Below are positions 8,267 through 17,012 of a stretch of 64,000 nucleotides of DNA, in pieces. The notes under the pieces are model-generated. The model ran no database searches. It was not told the DNA's origin and saw nothing but the letters and a program-made list of their open reading frames with translations. Location of the stretch: positions 49,447 to 113,446 of IMG/VR virus record IMGVR_UViG_3300020037_005233. One strand, 5' to 3'. A program made the position numbers and the translations under genes. Every line of letters begins with the position of its first letter. Position 1 is the stretch's first letter. This DNA is from a virus (taxonomy: Duplodnaviria > Caudoviricetes).

Positions 8267-10783
8267 ATGGATTCTCTGGATAAAAAACTAAGGTTAACAT
8301 TCCGCACGATGTACGGAGCAGGTACCGGAAGCGCTGGGGCTGGCCTTGGGTTTTTAGCTAGAAGCCGATATGAAGACAGGTTTAAGCCAGACAAAGAAAA
8401 AACAACTGGGGACAAGCTATTAGCAAAAGCACCTGTGCTGGGAGCGCTCACGGGCTTTGGTGCCGGATTCTTTAGAGGTAAACACCACGCAAAGACATTA
8501 GTGGACAGCCTAAGCAAGTTTGGAGCTCTAAAAAAAGACGTTGAGCTCAGGCCACATCAACTTGATTTGATCGATCAGGTGCACAAAAACAACGGTCAGA
8601 TGCTAGTAGCGCACGCAACCGGAGTGGGCAAAACCCTGGGTGCTATAGCAGCGTTTGAGGACCTGAAGCAAAAGGGCAAGGCTAGTAAAGCTATCGTAGT
8701 GGTTCCGTCTTCGCTTAGAAGTAATTTTGTGGATAGCGGTATCAAGAAGTTTACGAATTCTTCTGTGTCTACCTTTGGGCCAAAGAATGAATCGGGGACT
8801 AAGAATGTGGGTCATCACTCAGCGGCAACCTATAATGTCATAAGCTACGATTTGTTCAGAGAACACGGCAAAGAAATAATTGATAAGTTAAAACCAGACA
8901 CACTCATCATGGACGAGGTGCACAGAGCTCGCGCCACTGAGGGTGTTACATACAATAAACTCATGGATTTGAGGCCACACTTTAAAAACGTGCTCACACT
9001 CACTGGATCTGTGGTTAACAACGACCCTAATGAAATCGTACCCCTTCTAGATATTACCTACGGCAGGACGGGTCACAGGCTGGTAAATACAAAATTCTTC
9101 GATAAGCTATTTGTTAATAAACAGGCTAAAACTGTTGGGTTTATACAGCCAAAGACAGTCATAGAGAAATCTCTTAAAAACAAGCCACAGCTTAGTAAAT
9201 ATTTAGAAGGTAAGGTTAGCTACGTACCACACGAGGATGTGGAGAAACTGCTGCCCAAGAAAAGCATGGAAGTTGTACGTGTACCAATGTCTAAGAGACA
9301 GCACGAACTATATGACTTCTCCATGAGTTCTGTAGATCCGCTTACAAGATGGAAGATTAGAAACAACCTCCCGGTGGGGCAGAAGGAAGCTCAAGAAGCT
9401 TTTGGAAAACTCATGCAGGCAAGGCAAGTTGCCACAGACCCATCAGTTCTTGACAAAGAGCTGCAGAAGCTACCGGATCCAGCTGCATTTAGTCCTAAAA
9501 TCAAACGCATCGTGGATGACCTTCAAAGTCACCTTGATGCTGGAAAAGATAATAAGTCCGTTATCTATGGTAACCTTCTTGAGGGCCAGCTGAAAGCTGT
9601 TGAGAAGTCGCTCAAACATAAGGGCATTGATTACACCACTTTTTACGGTGTGGGTAACGAAGGGAACTCCGCTAAGGCTAGGAAGCAGAATATTGAAAAC
9701 TTCCAAAAAGGTGACCACAGAGTACTACTCATTTCTGGTGCTGGTGCCGAGGGCCTTGATCTGAAAAATGCAAACATGCTTCAGGTGGTAGAAGGACACT
9801 ACAACCCAGAGCGTATTCACCAAGCCGAGTCTCGCGTGAGAAGGCTAGGCTCCCCTGTCAAAGAGGTTCAGATTAAACGCTATGTATCCACACCATCAGG
9901 TTCTAAAGCAGGCTCGTACCTCAAAGACTTGTTGAGTAAAACACCTGTTGGAGGAAACACAGGCGTTGATGAGTGGATTTATACTATAGCCGGTAAAAAA
10001 GAAAAACTTAACGCATCATTCAGGGATGTTCTTAATAACCGCGGCGTAGATAAGACAGCTGGGTTCAACGTTAATGACTCTGACGACAGGGCCTTTGCTG
10101 GTCACCTGTTGGGGTCACAGGCTCCGGTTGCAGGGCAGTATGGAATGATATTCGGACGTGCTTTTGGAAGACCTATAGCTAACTTAATGGCTAGACAAAC
10201 AGATAAAGCTTTAGAGACAAAGGCAAAGCAAATCTTGTTAGATATGGGGCACGAAAACCTTGCTACAAAGCAACACTTTCCTAAGATAATGGCAGAGTCT
10301 AAGCTGGATGAGAAAGCACTAGACGCTAGTATGGGTATGGCTGCACTAGCAGGCGGCGCTGGTTTGATGTATAGCCTAAACCCAAGCGCGCACAAATTAG
10401 TCGATAAGTATGTAGCCGCCCCCCTAGGTAACCAACTTCAGAAATATTTAGCAAAGCGTCCTATCGTACCTTATGGAGGTAAAGCCTCCGATAAAGCACG
10501 CATGTTGCTTCATGCGGCTTCCAGCACTCCCGGAGGCCGTAAGTTAATAGCCACGGGCTTAGTAGGTATAGGTATGGGATTAGCTGGGCCTATACTAGGG
10601 GCATACGTAACTAGAAAAGTGCTAAATAGTTCCCTTAAAACAGACAACCCCGATCTTAAAAAGGGGATTGATATTTATAAAGAAAAACTTCGCAAGAAAT
10701 ATGAAAGTAAGTACAAAACCTCTAAAGGATTTGTAAACGAGTTCGAGACCAAGAAAGAACTTGGTATTGATGTGATTGATTAA
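8267..10783 (+). CDS. SNF2-family (SF2) helicase/ATPase with Gly-rich hydrophobic flanks
   Basis: Walker A HATGVGKT, VVVPSS, DEVH, LTGS, GAEGLDL, QAESRVRR motifs. Confidence 0.85.
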   Translation: MDSLDKKLRLTFRTMYGAGTGSAGAGLGFLARSRYEDRFKPDKEKTTGDKLLAKAPVLGALTGFGAGFFRGKHHAKTLVDSLSKFGALKKDVELRPHQLDLIDQVHKNNGQMLVAHATGVGKTLGAIAAFEDLKQKGKASKAIVVVPSSLRSNFVDSGIKKFTNSSVSTFGPKNESGTKNVGHHSAATYNVISYDLFREHGKEIIDKLKPDTLIMDEVHRARATEGVTYNKLMDLRPHFKNVLTLTGSVVNNDPNEIVPLLDITYGRTGHRLVNTKFFDKLFVNKQAKTVGFIQPKTVIEKSLKNKPQLSKYLEGKVSYVPHEDVEKLLPKKSMEVVRVPMSKRQHELYDFSMSSVDPLTRWKIRNNLPVGQKEAQEAFGKLMQARQVATDPSVLDKELQKLPDPAAFSPKIKRIVDDLQSHLDAGKDNKSVIYGNLLEGQLKAVEKSLKHKGIDYTTFYGVGNEGNSAKARKQNIENFQKGDHRVLLISGAGAEGLDLKNANMLQVVEGHYNPERIHQAESRVRRLGSPVKEVQIKRYVSTPSGSKAGSYLKDLLSKTPVGGNTGVDEWIYTIAGKKEKLNASFRDVLNNRGVDKTAGFNVNDSDDRAFAGHLLGSQAPVAGQYGMIFGRAFGRPIANLMARQTDKALETKAKQILLDMGHENLATKQHFPKIMAESKLDEKALDASMGMAALAGGAGLMYSLNPSAHKLVDKYVAAPLGNQLQKYLAKRPIVPYGGKASDKARMLLHAASSTPGGRKLIATGLVGIGMGLAGPILGAYVTRKVLNSSLKTDNPDLKKGIDIYKEKLRKKYESKYKTSKGFVNEFETKKELGIDVID

Positions 10784-10792
10784 GGAGAAACT

Positions 10793-11608
10793 ATGAGTTT
10801 TAAAGGGGGCTTCAACAAACAAGCCGGTTTTTTAGACGCAGCCGGACGGGTTCTTAAAAGCAGCGTAACAGCCAAGGGAGCTGTTAAAAACATCGGTAGA
10901 ACTGCAGCTATGGGTGCCGCAGGCGGCGCACTTACTGGTGGTCTACAGAAGGACGAGAACGGTAACCGCGGCGGTATCGGCGGAGCTCTTAAGGGAGCTG
11001 TAGCTGGTGGTGTTGGTGGTGCTGCTATCGGCGTAGGCGCAAATGCTGGAGACAGGGTCTCTAAGCTACGTGGCATCAACAAGGTTAAGAACATGCCAGG
11101 GAAGCCGGCAAATCCTATTATACTTCCTAAACCAGCTGTCCAAAGATCAGTGCCTAAACAGCGCCCAGATATTACGCCTGAGTACGCTAAAGTAGCTATG
11201 CTACTTAAAGAAGCTGCCAAGCGTAAAAAAGGTTCTAACATTTCGCCTCCTATGGCCGGACACTCTTTAGCCGACCAACTGGCTAAGGCTAAAGCTAAGA
11301 AGGACGCAAACCCCGATCTTAAAGCTGAGAAGCGCTTCAATAAGCTGCCTAAAAAAACGCGAGATTTATACAATGAGGCTAAGGCTCTCAGCGATAAAGC
11401 ACAGAAGGGCATTGATGATATCAAGGCCAGCCGCAGAGCCGCTGTAACTGCAGAGGCTAAGGCTGCTGGTAAAGCCGCAGCACCTAAGATCGTTGCTCCA
11501 AAGTCAGGGTTTGCTAAACACTGGCCTAAGGCTGCTGGCGGTGCGATCGCTGCCGGTGCCGCTGCTTATGGGTACCACAAGTACAAGCAGAAGAAGGAAA
11601 ACGCATGA
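10793..11608 (+). CDS. Gly/Ala/Lys-rich putative virion (ejected) protein with glycine zippers
   Basis: MSFKGGFNKQAG start; GxxxG runs; C-terminal hydrophobic segment followed by a basic tail. Confidence 0.55.
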   Translation: MSFKGGFNKQAGFLDAAGRVLKSSVTAKGAVKNIGRTAAMGAAGGALTGGLQKDENGNRGGIGGALKGAVAGGVGGAAIGVGANAGDRVSKLRGINKVKNMPGKPANPIILPKPAVQRSVPKQRPDITPEYAKVAMLLKEAAKRKKGSNISPPMAGHSLADQLAKAKAKKDANPDLKAEKRFNKLPKKTRDLYNEAKALSDKAQKGIDDIKASRRAAVTAEAKAAGKAAAPKIVAPKSGFAKHWPKAAGGAIAAGAAAYGYHKYKQKKENA

Positions 11609-12069
11609 GCTTCGCCCACTCCTTCACCAAAACCGCTTTAAAAATGCGAGCTACTCCAAAGAAACATGGCGGTAGCGATGGTAAGCAGAGCTACGAGTTA
11701 AAGCGAGTGGGTAACAAGTGGACATGTTCCTGCCCTGATTTCACCTACAGACGCAACCATGTTGGCGGTGGCAAGTGCAAACACATCGAGGCGCACCTAC
11801 AGGGTAAGAAGCCGTGGGAAGTCTCTACAAAGAAGCCGAAGCCTTTTAAAGAGCAACTCCCTGGTGGGTTAAGCTCTGGGCATCAGCCAAGTGAGTTTGA
11901 AGCAAAGCAGCTCGCCATGGGTAAGAAGACTGAGTCTGAACACACCAGCAACAAAAACTTAACCACTGAGATCGCCATGGACCATCTTATGGAAGACCCT
12001 AAGTACTACTCCAAGCTTAAAAAAATGGAGAAGAAGTCTCACTTCGTCCGCAGGTTTATCAGAGAGTAA
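11605..12069 (+). CDS. SWIM zinc finger fused to DUF5661-like domain
   Basis: CSCPDF...CKH (SWIM); MGKKTESEH...EIAMDHL.EDP.YY.KL (DUF5661-like). Confidence 0.7.
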   Translation: MSFAHSFTKTALKMRATPKKHGGSDGKQSYELKRVGNKWTCSCPDFTYRRNHVGGGKCKHIEAHLQGKKPWEVSTKKPKPFKEQLPGGLSSGHQPSEFEAKQLAMGKKTESEHTSNKNLTTEIAMDHLMEDPKYYSKLKKMEKKSHFVRRFIRE

Positions 12070-12486
12070 TTAGTCTTTGCACCATGGCTTTAGGGACTTG
12101 GTACCGCCGCTATAAGGTCTAGCAAGTTTAAGGTCTAGCAGTGTCTTGGATAATTTCTCCCCATCGATCTCCACGTCGGCCAGAATTCTAAAATACTTAT
12201 CCCTACCAGGATTTCTCAAAGCTATTTGCTTAGCCGCCTTTAATTTCGCAGCTACAACTTCTCTTGCTTTAACAGCAAGGCGTTTAGTACAGGCAGACTT
12301 GCTAGTCATCTCTGGGGTGTCCACCCCATTAACCCTAACTGTGATGCCGTGCCCTAGTATGGGATCTACAGCGGCTATATCAACGGTGATGGTGTCACCG
12401 TCATGGTTTTTGATATAGCGCACACTTTCAAAATCAGGGTAGGCCATTGCTGTGACAGACAGTAATAAAAGCAGTGCTTCAAACAT
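12070..12486 (-). CDS. Thermonuclease (SNase) family protein with signal-like N-terminus
   Basis: DGDT, VRVNGVDTPE, DKYFRILA motifs. Confidence 0.85.
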   Translation of the reverse strand: MFEALLLLLSVTAMAYPDFESVRYIKNHDGDTITVDIAAVDPILGHGITVRVNGVDTPEMTSKSACTKRLAVKAREVVAAKLKAAKQIALRNPGRDKYFRILADVEIDGEKLSKTLLDLKLARPYSGGTKSLKPWCKD

Positions 12487-13246
12487 TGTTTAGTATCCTC
12501 TTTGAGTTCTCTCTGATGTAGCGTTCTTTTGAAAGCCACTTATCTCTGCGTTCTGAATCAAATACAACAGCGTTTTGTGGAACAAATAGCATAGGCAATG
12601 GATCCACCACCTGCTGATAATTATTATGGTATCCGTAGAGCCACAGCTTATTTTGAAGGTAAATGGGTAGAGATCCTAGCTCATCTAATCCAGGTCCATC
12701 CCCTGACCCCGTAGAGCACTGATGTAAAATGATCTCAGACTGCATTTCTTTGAAAAGCCAGTCTTCATTGAGTGTGCAATTACCTGAGATAAACACCCCT
12801 GAGTTTGGAAGCCTAAGCCCGTAGCTCATTTCATCAGATGGATGGGGTACCAAGACAAGTTCCTCGTCATGGTGTTGATCTTTTATTGTGATTTTAAGTG
12901 TCGCTCTCAGGTTAAAGGAATCAGATAACCTGATCCCGTAGTAGTCAGCGAAATGTTCGTTTACAGCAGAGAGTACCCGCTGAGGTGCCACTAAATATGG
13001 CAATGTACTTTGCTTTTCAAATATCTGGCACAGCTCCTCGATGCCTGCGGTCTGGTTACTGCCCGTATCAAGCAAGATCAGCATGTCTAAGTCTTTAATG
13101 GATTTCCCCAGTGCCTCTAGCCTAGCCGGCGCCTGCGCAGGCGCGCCAATGAGCGCGAAGCAGTCAGGTGCTTCTATAGCAAAGCAGGCTGGTATTAGGG
13201 GGTGCCTGCAGAATTTGGAGCCTGTTCCTAGTGTTCTTAGTTTCAT
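12479..13246 (-). CDS. Metallo-beta-lactamase-fold protein with degenerate metal site (Apyc1/RNase Z-like)
   Basis: LGTGS start, AGIEEL, SYGL, FISG, ILHQC, EL..LP..LQ.KLWL; HxHxDH motif absent. Confidence 0.65.
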   Translation of the reverse strand: MKLRTLGTGSKFCRHPLIPACFAIEAPDCFALIGAPAQAPARLEALGKSIKDLDMLILLDTGSNQTAGIEELCQIFEKQSTLPYLVAPQRVLSAVNEHFADYYGIRLSDSFNLRATLKITIKDQHHDEELVLVPHPSDEMSYGLRLPNSGVFISGNCTLNEDWLFKEMQSEIILHQCSTGSGDGPGLDELGSLPIYLQNKLWLYGYHNNYQQVVDPLPMLFVPQNAVVFDSERRDKWLSKERYIRENSKRILNNV

Positions 13247-13247
13247 C

Positions 13248-13748
13248 TCAAGCTCGCATGCAGACTTCAGTTACCTTGACCATTATGTTAGGAATCACTG
13301 TCTCTGCTATTTTATCTCTATCCAGATTCCATGCAGTGGCACCACCTCGGATGAGGAAACTTGTGGCTTTAATCTGCCAGTCGTCTTGGGGTTTATAAAT
13401 GTCCACCTGCACATCGTAGGGTATCAACTTATTGAGCTCGGTAATGCAGTGGTAAAGAGCCTGCTTATAAAGTGGTTCTTTTAGTAAATTCTTCTTCGCG
13501 TGGATTGGAGTGACATGGATCACGTAGTCGTCCCCCACAATCCCGTATTCTAGTTGCACCACCTTGTTGTCTACCTTTATAAACGTCTCAACGGTCGCGG
13601 TCATGGGAGACATATCAAATTTACCTGTCTGAACCACCCCAGTATCAGCCAACACATTGAAGAACGTGTCTCCGTGTTCTTCCCAACTGGCCTTCGTGTC
13701 TTCAGTAGCTTCTGGGTCTTCCTCGAAAAAGAATTTATCTTTACTCAT
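13248..13748 (-). CDS. Hypothetical protein
   Basis: Coupled to both neighbours in the minus-strand operon. Confidence 0.6.
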   Translation of the reverse strand: MSKDKFFFEEDPEATEDTKASWEEHGDTFFNVLADTGVVQTGKFDMSPMTATVETFIKVDNKVVQLEYGIVGDDYVIHVTPIHAKKNLLKEPLYKQALYHCITELNKLIPYDVQVDIYKPQDDWQIKATSFLIRGGATAWNLDRDKIAETVIPNIMVKVTEVCMRA

Positions 13749-14167
13749 GCTTTTATGACCTCCAAAAACTTCTTAATGTCCCACTTACCACCATCTAGTT
13801 TGTATATTCTAGGAGCACGCTTAATCTCTTCCACAGTGTAATTAATCTTAACGTCATCACCCGTGAACGCAACAGCAACCCCGTCAAAACCAATAAGAAG
13901 TACGCCTAAAGCCCCTACACCACTAACCCTCTTTAAAAATCCGTGCTGTAACTCAGACAGCTCGTGTGTAAGGACTTTGCTGCTATCCCTTGCAGGAAGT
14001 TTTGATACAAACTTAGCCTCTATAGAAATGTGGCGCCCCTTGTACACGGCAGCCATATCAGGGACACCTGATTGAAACATATCATTCTGTGGCCAGATCA
14101 TGAAGTCGCTTAGGTTAGCGCCAGACTTCCTAAATTCTAGTTTAAACGCAGACTCATTAGTAGCCAC
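13745..14167 (-). CDS. PD-(D/E)XK nuclease, putative Holliday junction resolvase (RecU/VRR-NUC-like)
   Basis: N-terminal NES.F, GVPD, IEAK, LSELQ..FL motifs. Confidence 0.75.
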   Translation of the reverse strand: MATNESAFKLEFRKSGANLSDFMIWPQNDMFQSGVPDMAAVYKGRHISIEAKFVSKLPARDSSKVLTHELSELQHGFLKRVSGVGALGVLLIGFDGVAVAFTGDDVKINYTVEEIKRAPRIYKLDGGKWDIKKFLEVIKA

Positions 14168-14169
14168 GG

Positions 14170-14484
14170 TTAATCCGCTGGTTGTAGCGACAAGAGCCTG
14201 ACTCTCATGCGTTCTACACCATTAAGGTCATCCACTCTTAAGTATCCTGTGAGCTAATACCGTTCGCCCCTAAGAACCGTTTTATGAAAGCTCTCGGCAT
14301 TGCGCCCCAGCACTTCTACAGGAATCTCGTTGTCATGTTGTGACTGCACACCCGCTGCGTTTACGAATTTCTCGACTGTAGACACGGTAAAAAGCAGCAT
14401 GTGCTTGTTGCCACGAATGGGTATTAAGGTAGGGGTAGAAATCACAGTCCCGGTTAGGACAGATAAATTAACATCGCGTGCCAT
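14170..14484 (-). CDS. ssb: Single-stranded DNA-binding protein with an in-frame TAG at 14254-14256
   Basis: VNLSVLTG...FTVST...VEVLG..AE OB-fold pattern; past the TAG the frame continues LTGYLRVDDLNGVERMRVRLLSLQPAD to a TAA 2 nt before the next gene. Confidence 0.75.
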
Positions 14485-14486
14485 GG

Positions 14487-14528
14487 TGTAGTGTATCTCC
14501 TGCCTGTTACAGCAAGAGATACACTACA
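14487..14528 (-). promoter_or_regulatory. 17-bp hairpin sequestering the ssb ribosome-binding site
   Basis: Minus strand TGTAGTGTATCTCTTGC-N8-GCAGGAGATACACTACA; AGGAG lies inside the stem, ATG 2 nt after it. Confidence 0.7.
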
Positions 14529-14532
14529 TGAC

Positions 14533-15810
14533 TTAGTGATTAGATGGCAATAGCTTAACTCTGGCATCAGTGAGAGCCCTAATTCTAGCATGAGCTCCTA
14601 GATGGTGCTTACATACATCCACTGCAGGGCACTTGGACTTACCACACTTAACGTAGTGAGGTGCTTTGTTAATAGCCATGGCAAGACACCTCTGACAGGC
14701 AAATGCATGAACAGGCGGGTACGTCTCTTGAAACGTCCTGCAGCTTTGTTTGTAGTGTCTGTCACGAGATGGCGCCTGTATTTCAAGCTCTAGAGTCTCC
14801 CCACATCCACAGTAAGGGTGTTTGAGAGCTGTGACATTAACTAGCTTGGTACAGTGTAAAGTCTCTCTGCAGCACTCACATGTACCAGGTACCACCTTTA
14901 TCGCCTCCACAGTCCTTAGTGTGACGATATCCCAGCCATCCACAATAGCGGTCCCACCAGAATCCTTGGCTATGATGATCTTATCTCTCTCCAGATCCAC
15001 ATCAAGCACCACTCCATATATAGGATGGACATCGATTAGGAATGGAAGAGCAGACGGAGACTTAAGCCAAGTCATTACTGCTAACGCGGTCGCATACCAC
15101 ACACATAACTCGCGTTCCATAGCGTATGGGGTGATTGGAGTTACAGTGCTGTCTTCGTGCTCACTAACTGCGTTTTGTAGCCACGAATCCACCTCATCTA
15201 GTAGGTAACTAGGTATTCCATATACTGTGTGGGCTACCATATTAAGTATATCTGCTACAGTTATCGGTCTGTTCTCTGTCGCATGGTTTACTAGTTGTCC
15301 GCTAACCACAGCCTGTACTTGTGGGCTCTGTAATAGATCCCTTACCGTAACATAGGGAGCAAATCCCCACCCGCTTGCAACCCTAAAAACCTCAACAGCA
15401 CTAGGATCTAGTGTACTGCCTGTTCTGCGGTTTTTATACGTGTACATGATGTTGCCACCCTGAACCAGCTGCACCGGTGAATCTACGAATAAGAAATAAG
15501 GCTCGCTATAATCTAGGTAGTTAAACACATGATGTATAACTGTATCCATACCAAAGAAGTCTGATTCTGGTAGCCCTAGCTTAGATAAGAACTCGTCGCA
15601 GAAAGTTACTAATCCCTGTGGGATTCTGCCAACAACCTCAAATGTGCCATGCCCCCAGCCCTCTAAAGTGGCTTCTATCAGCGGGTTATTGTCTCGCTGA
15701 AACTTAAGCTCGGCGTTTTCAAAAAAGTGGTCGTTAACATTCCACAAAGTATTGTTTACTTTGTTTACTGGCCTAACCCATTCAGAATATTGTTGTGTGC
15801 TATTGAACAT
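14533..15810 (-). CDS. Hypothetical protein with Cys-rich (multi-Zn) C-terminus
   Basis: 425 aa; CECC, CGCG, CQRC, C-x4-C-x5-C-x-HH clusters; GGAGG RBS. Confidence 0.65.
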   Translation of the reverse strand: MFNSTQQYSEWVRPVNKVNNTLWNVNDHFFENAELKFQRDNNPLIEATLEGWGHGTFEVVGRIPQGLVTFCDEFLSKLGLPESDFFGMDTVIHHVFNYLDYSEPYFLFVDSPVQLVQGGNIMYTYKNRRTGSTLDPSAVEVFRVASGWGFAPYVTVRDLLQSPQVQAVVSGQLVNHATENRPITVADILNMVAHTVYGIPSYLLDEVDSWLQNAVSEHEDSTVTPITPYAMERELCVWYATALAVMTWLKSPSALPFLIDVHPIYGVVLDVDLERDKIIIAKDSGGTAIVDGWDIVTLRTVEAIKVVPGTCECCRETLHCTKLVNVTALKHPYCGCGETLELEIQAPSRDRHYKQSCRTFQETYPPVHAFACQRCLAMAINKAPHYVKCGKSKCPAVDVCKHHLGAHARIRALTDARVKLLPSNH

Positions 15811-15830
15811 GTGAAAGTTCCTCCGTTATG

Positions 15831-15858
15831 CTTATAACAAGAAACTTTCATTTTTTGC
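15831..15858 (-). promoter_or_regulatory. Phage promoter motif copy
   Basis: GCAAAA-N14-GTTATAAG upstream of RBS and ATG of 14533-15810. Confidence 0.6.
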
Positions 15859-15869
15859 CTTTATATAGG

Positions 15870-16337
15870 CTACTTTTTTCGCTTCTGCTGTGGCTCTGGT
15901 TTTAGAGATTCTACCGCAAGCTCACCAACAACAGTCTGTGGCAGTACATTTGTTGTGTCTACTGCGCCTACCATCTTCGATGGGTTGGTGCCCACCTGAG
16001 AAAAGCTAGCTTCTGTCACCGCGATATCAGGCATGCCTACAGAATCCTTTGTATGTTTGTATTCAACTGAGAACTGACTAAGTCTAGGGATACTAAATTT
16101 ATCTGTAGCTACTGTAGTAGTCCCTACCATAGCGGTGCCGGAGGCAATTGCTTCCCAATTTCCGTCTGGATGTTTTGTAAAGGTACAGTTCTCAATTTTG
16201 ATTGTGTTCTTAAGTGCCCAGAACACGGTATCTGAAGTATTCTTAGTTTTAATCGCGTACATTACCGCTACTGCAGCGGCTTCGTTGGGTTCAAAGGCAA
16301 TGGCATGTCCTGTTTTTGAAACTGATTTAATTAGCAT
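15870..16337 (-). CDS. Hypothetical protein
   Basis: 155 aa; coupled to upstream ORF. Confidence 0.55.
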   Translation of the reverse strand: MLIKSVSKTGHAIAFEPNEAAAVAVMYAIKTKNTSDTVFWALKNTIKIENCTFTKHPDGNWEAIASGTAMVGTTTVATDKFSIPRLSQFSVEYKHTKDSVGMPDIAVTEASFSQVGTNPSKMVGAVDTTNVLPQTVVGELAVESLKPEPQQKRKK

Positions 16338-16773
16338 TGAATTTAGCCTTTCGTTTAGCTGTTTCTAATTTTGTTTGGGTATCTACTGCACGCTGATATT
16401 CTTTTGTGTAGACTGACTTCCCCATGTCCTCTGACTTTGCCTTGGCTTGTGAGGCTGGGGTATTCCCTGCCATATGCTCGTAGCGCTCTCTGGTTGCAGA
16501 CCTGATCGCCACTTTACCGTTGCCTAGGTTATAGCGGTAGCCGATACGGCCGTTATTATCGAACCTGATCCTGATCGTAGAGTTAAGTTTGTCCGGTGTA
16601 AACCCTACATAGACGGCTCCATCAAGTGTTTCGGGGCGGTCCTCAAACTTACCTTCCCAGTACTCCTCGGTCCCGTCTGGGTGCCTATAAATGCAAACAG
16701 TGGTTCTTTCGTCTAGCCAACTCATATTGTGTGTCCCTACTTCTACGCTGCCACACATTACTGTACAATTCAA
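16327..16773 (-). CDS. Hypothetical protein (start uncertain)
   Basis: Long ORF coupled to downstream gene. Confidence 0.5.
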   Translation of the reverse strand: MNCTVMCGSVEVGTHNMSWLDERTTVCIYRHPDGTEEYWEGKFEDRPETLDGAVYVGFTPDKLNSTIRIRFDNNGRIGYRYNLGNGKVAIRSATRERYEHMAGNTPASQAKAKSEDMGKSVYTKEYQRAVDTQTKLETAKRKAKFNAN

Positions 16774-16775
16774 GT

Positions 16776-17012
16776 ATGAGCTACCAATACGACGGCTACG
16801 GTCCTTCCCCGAGTCCTAGAACAATTGGTGTGGTTAGGGTGAGATACCTGAAAGAGTATAAAAACCTACCAGATGGGGCTGTGGTCAGGCCTATTAAAAA
16901 GTGCTACCTGCCGGCACACTGGGACATTGAGTATGACGAGGAAACATACATTGCAGTCTACACCCAGCACGGCATGATAGGCCTCGTGCTGTGCAACGAA
17001 CTCAGGTGGTAA
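16776..17012 (+). CDS. Hypothetical protein (isolated plus-strand gene)
   Basis: MSYQYDGY... 78 aa fills the gap between minus-strand genes; stop abuts the convergent stop at 17013. Confidence 0.45.
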   Translation: MSYQYDGYGPSPSPRTIGVVRVRYLKEYKNLPDGAVVRPIKKCYLPAHWDIEYDEETYIAVYTQHGMIGLVLCNELRW

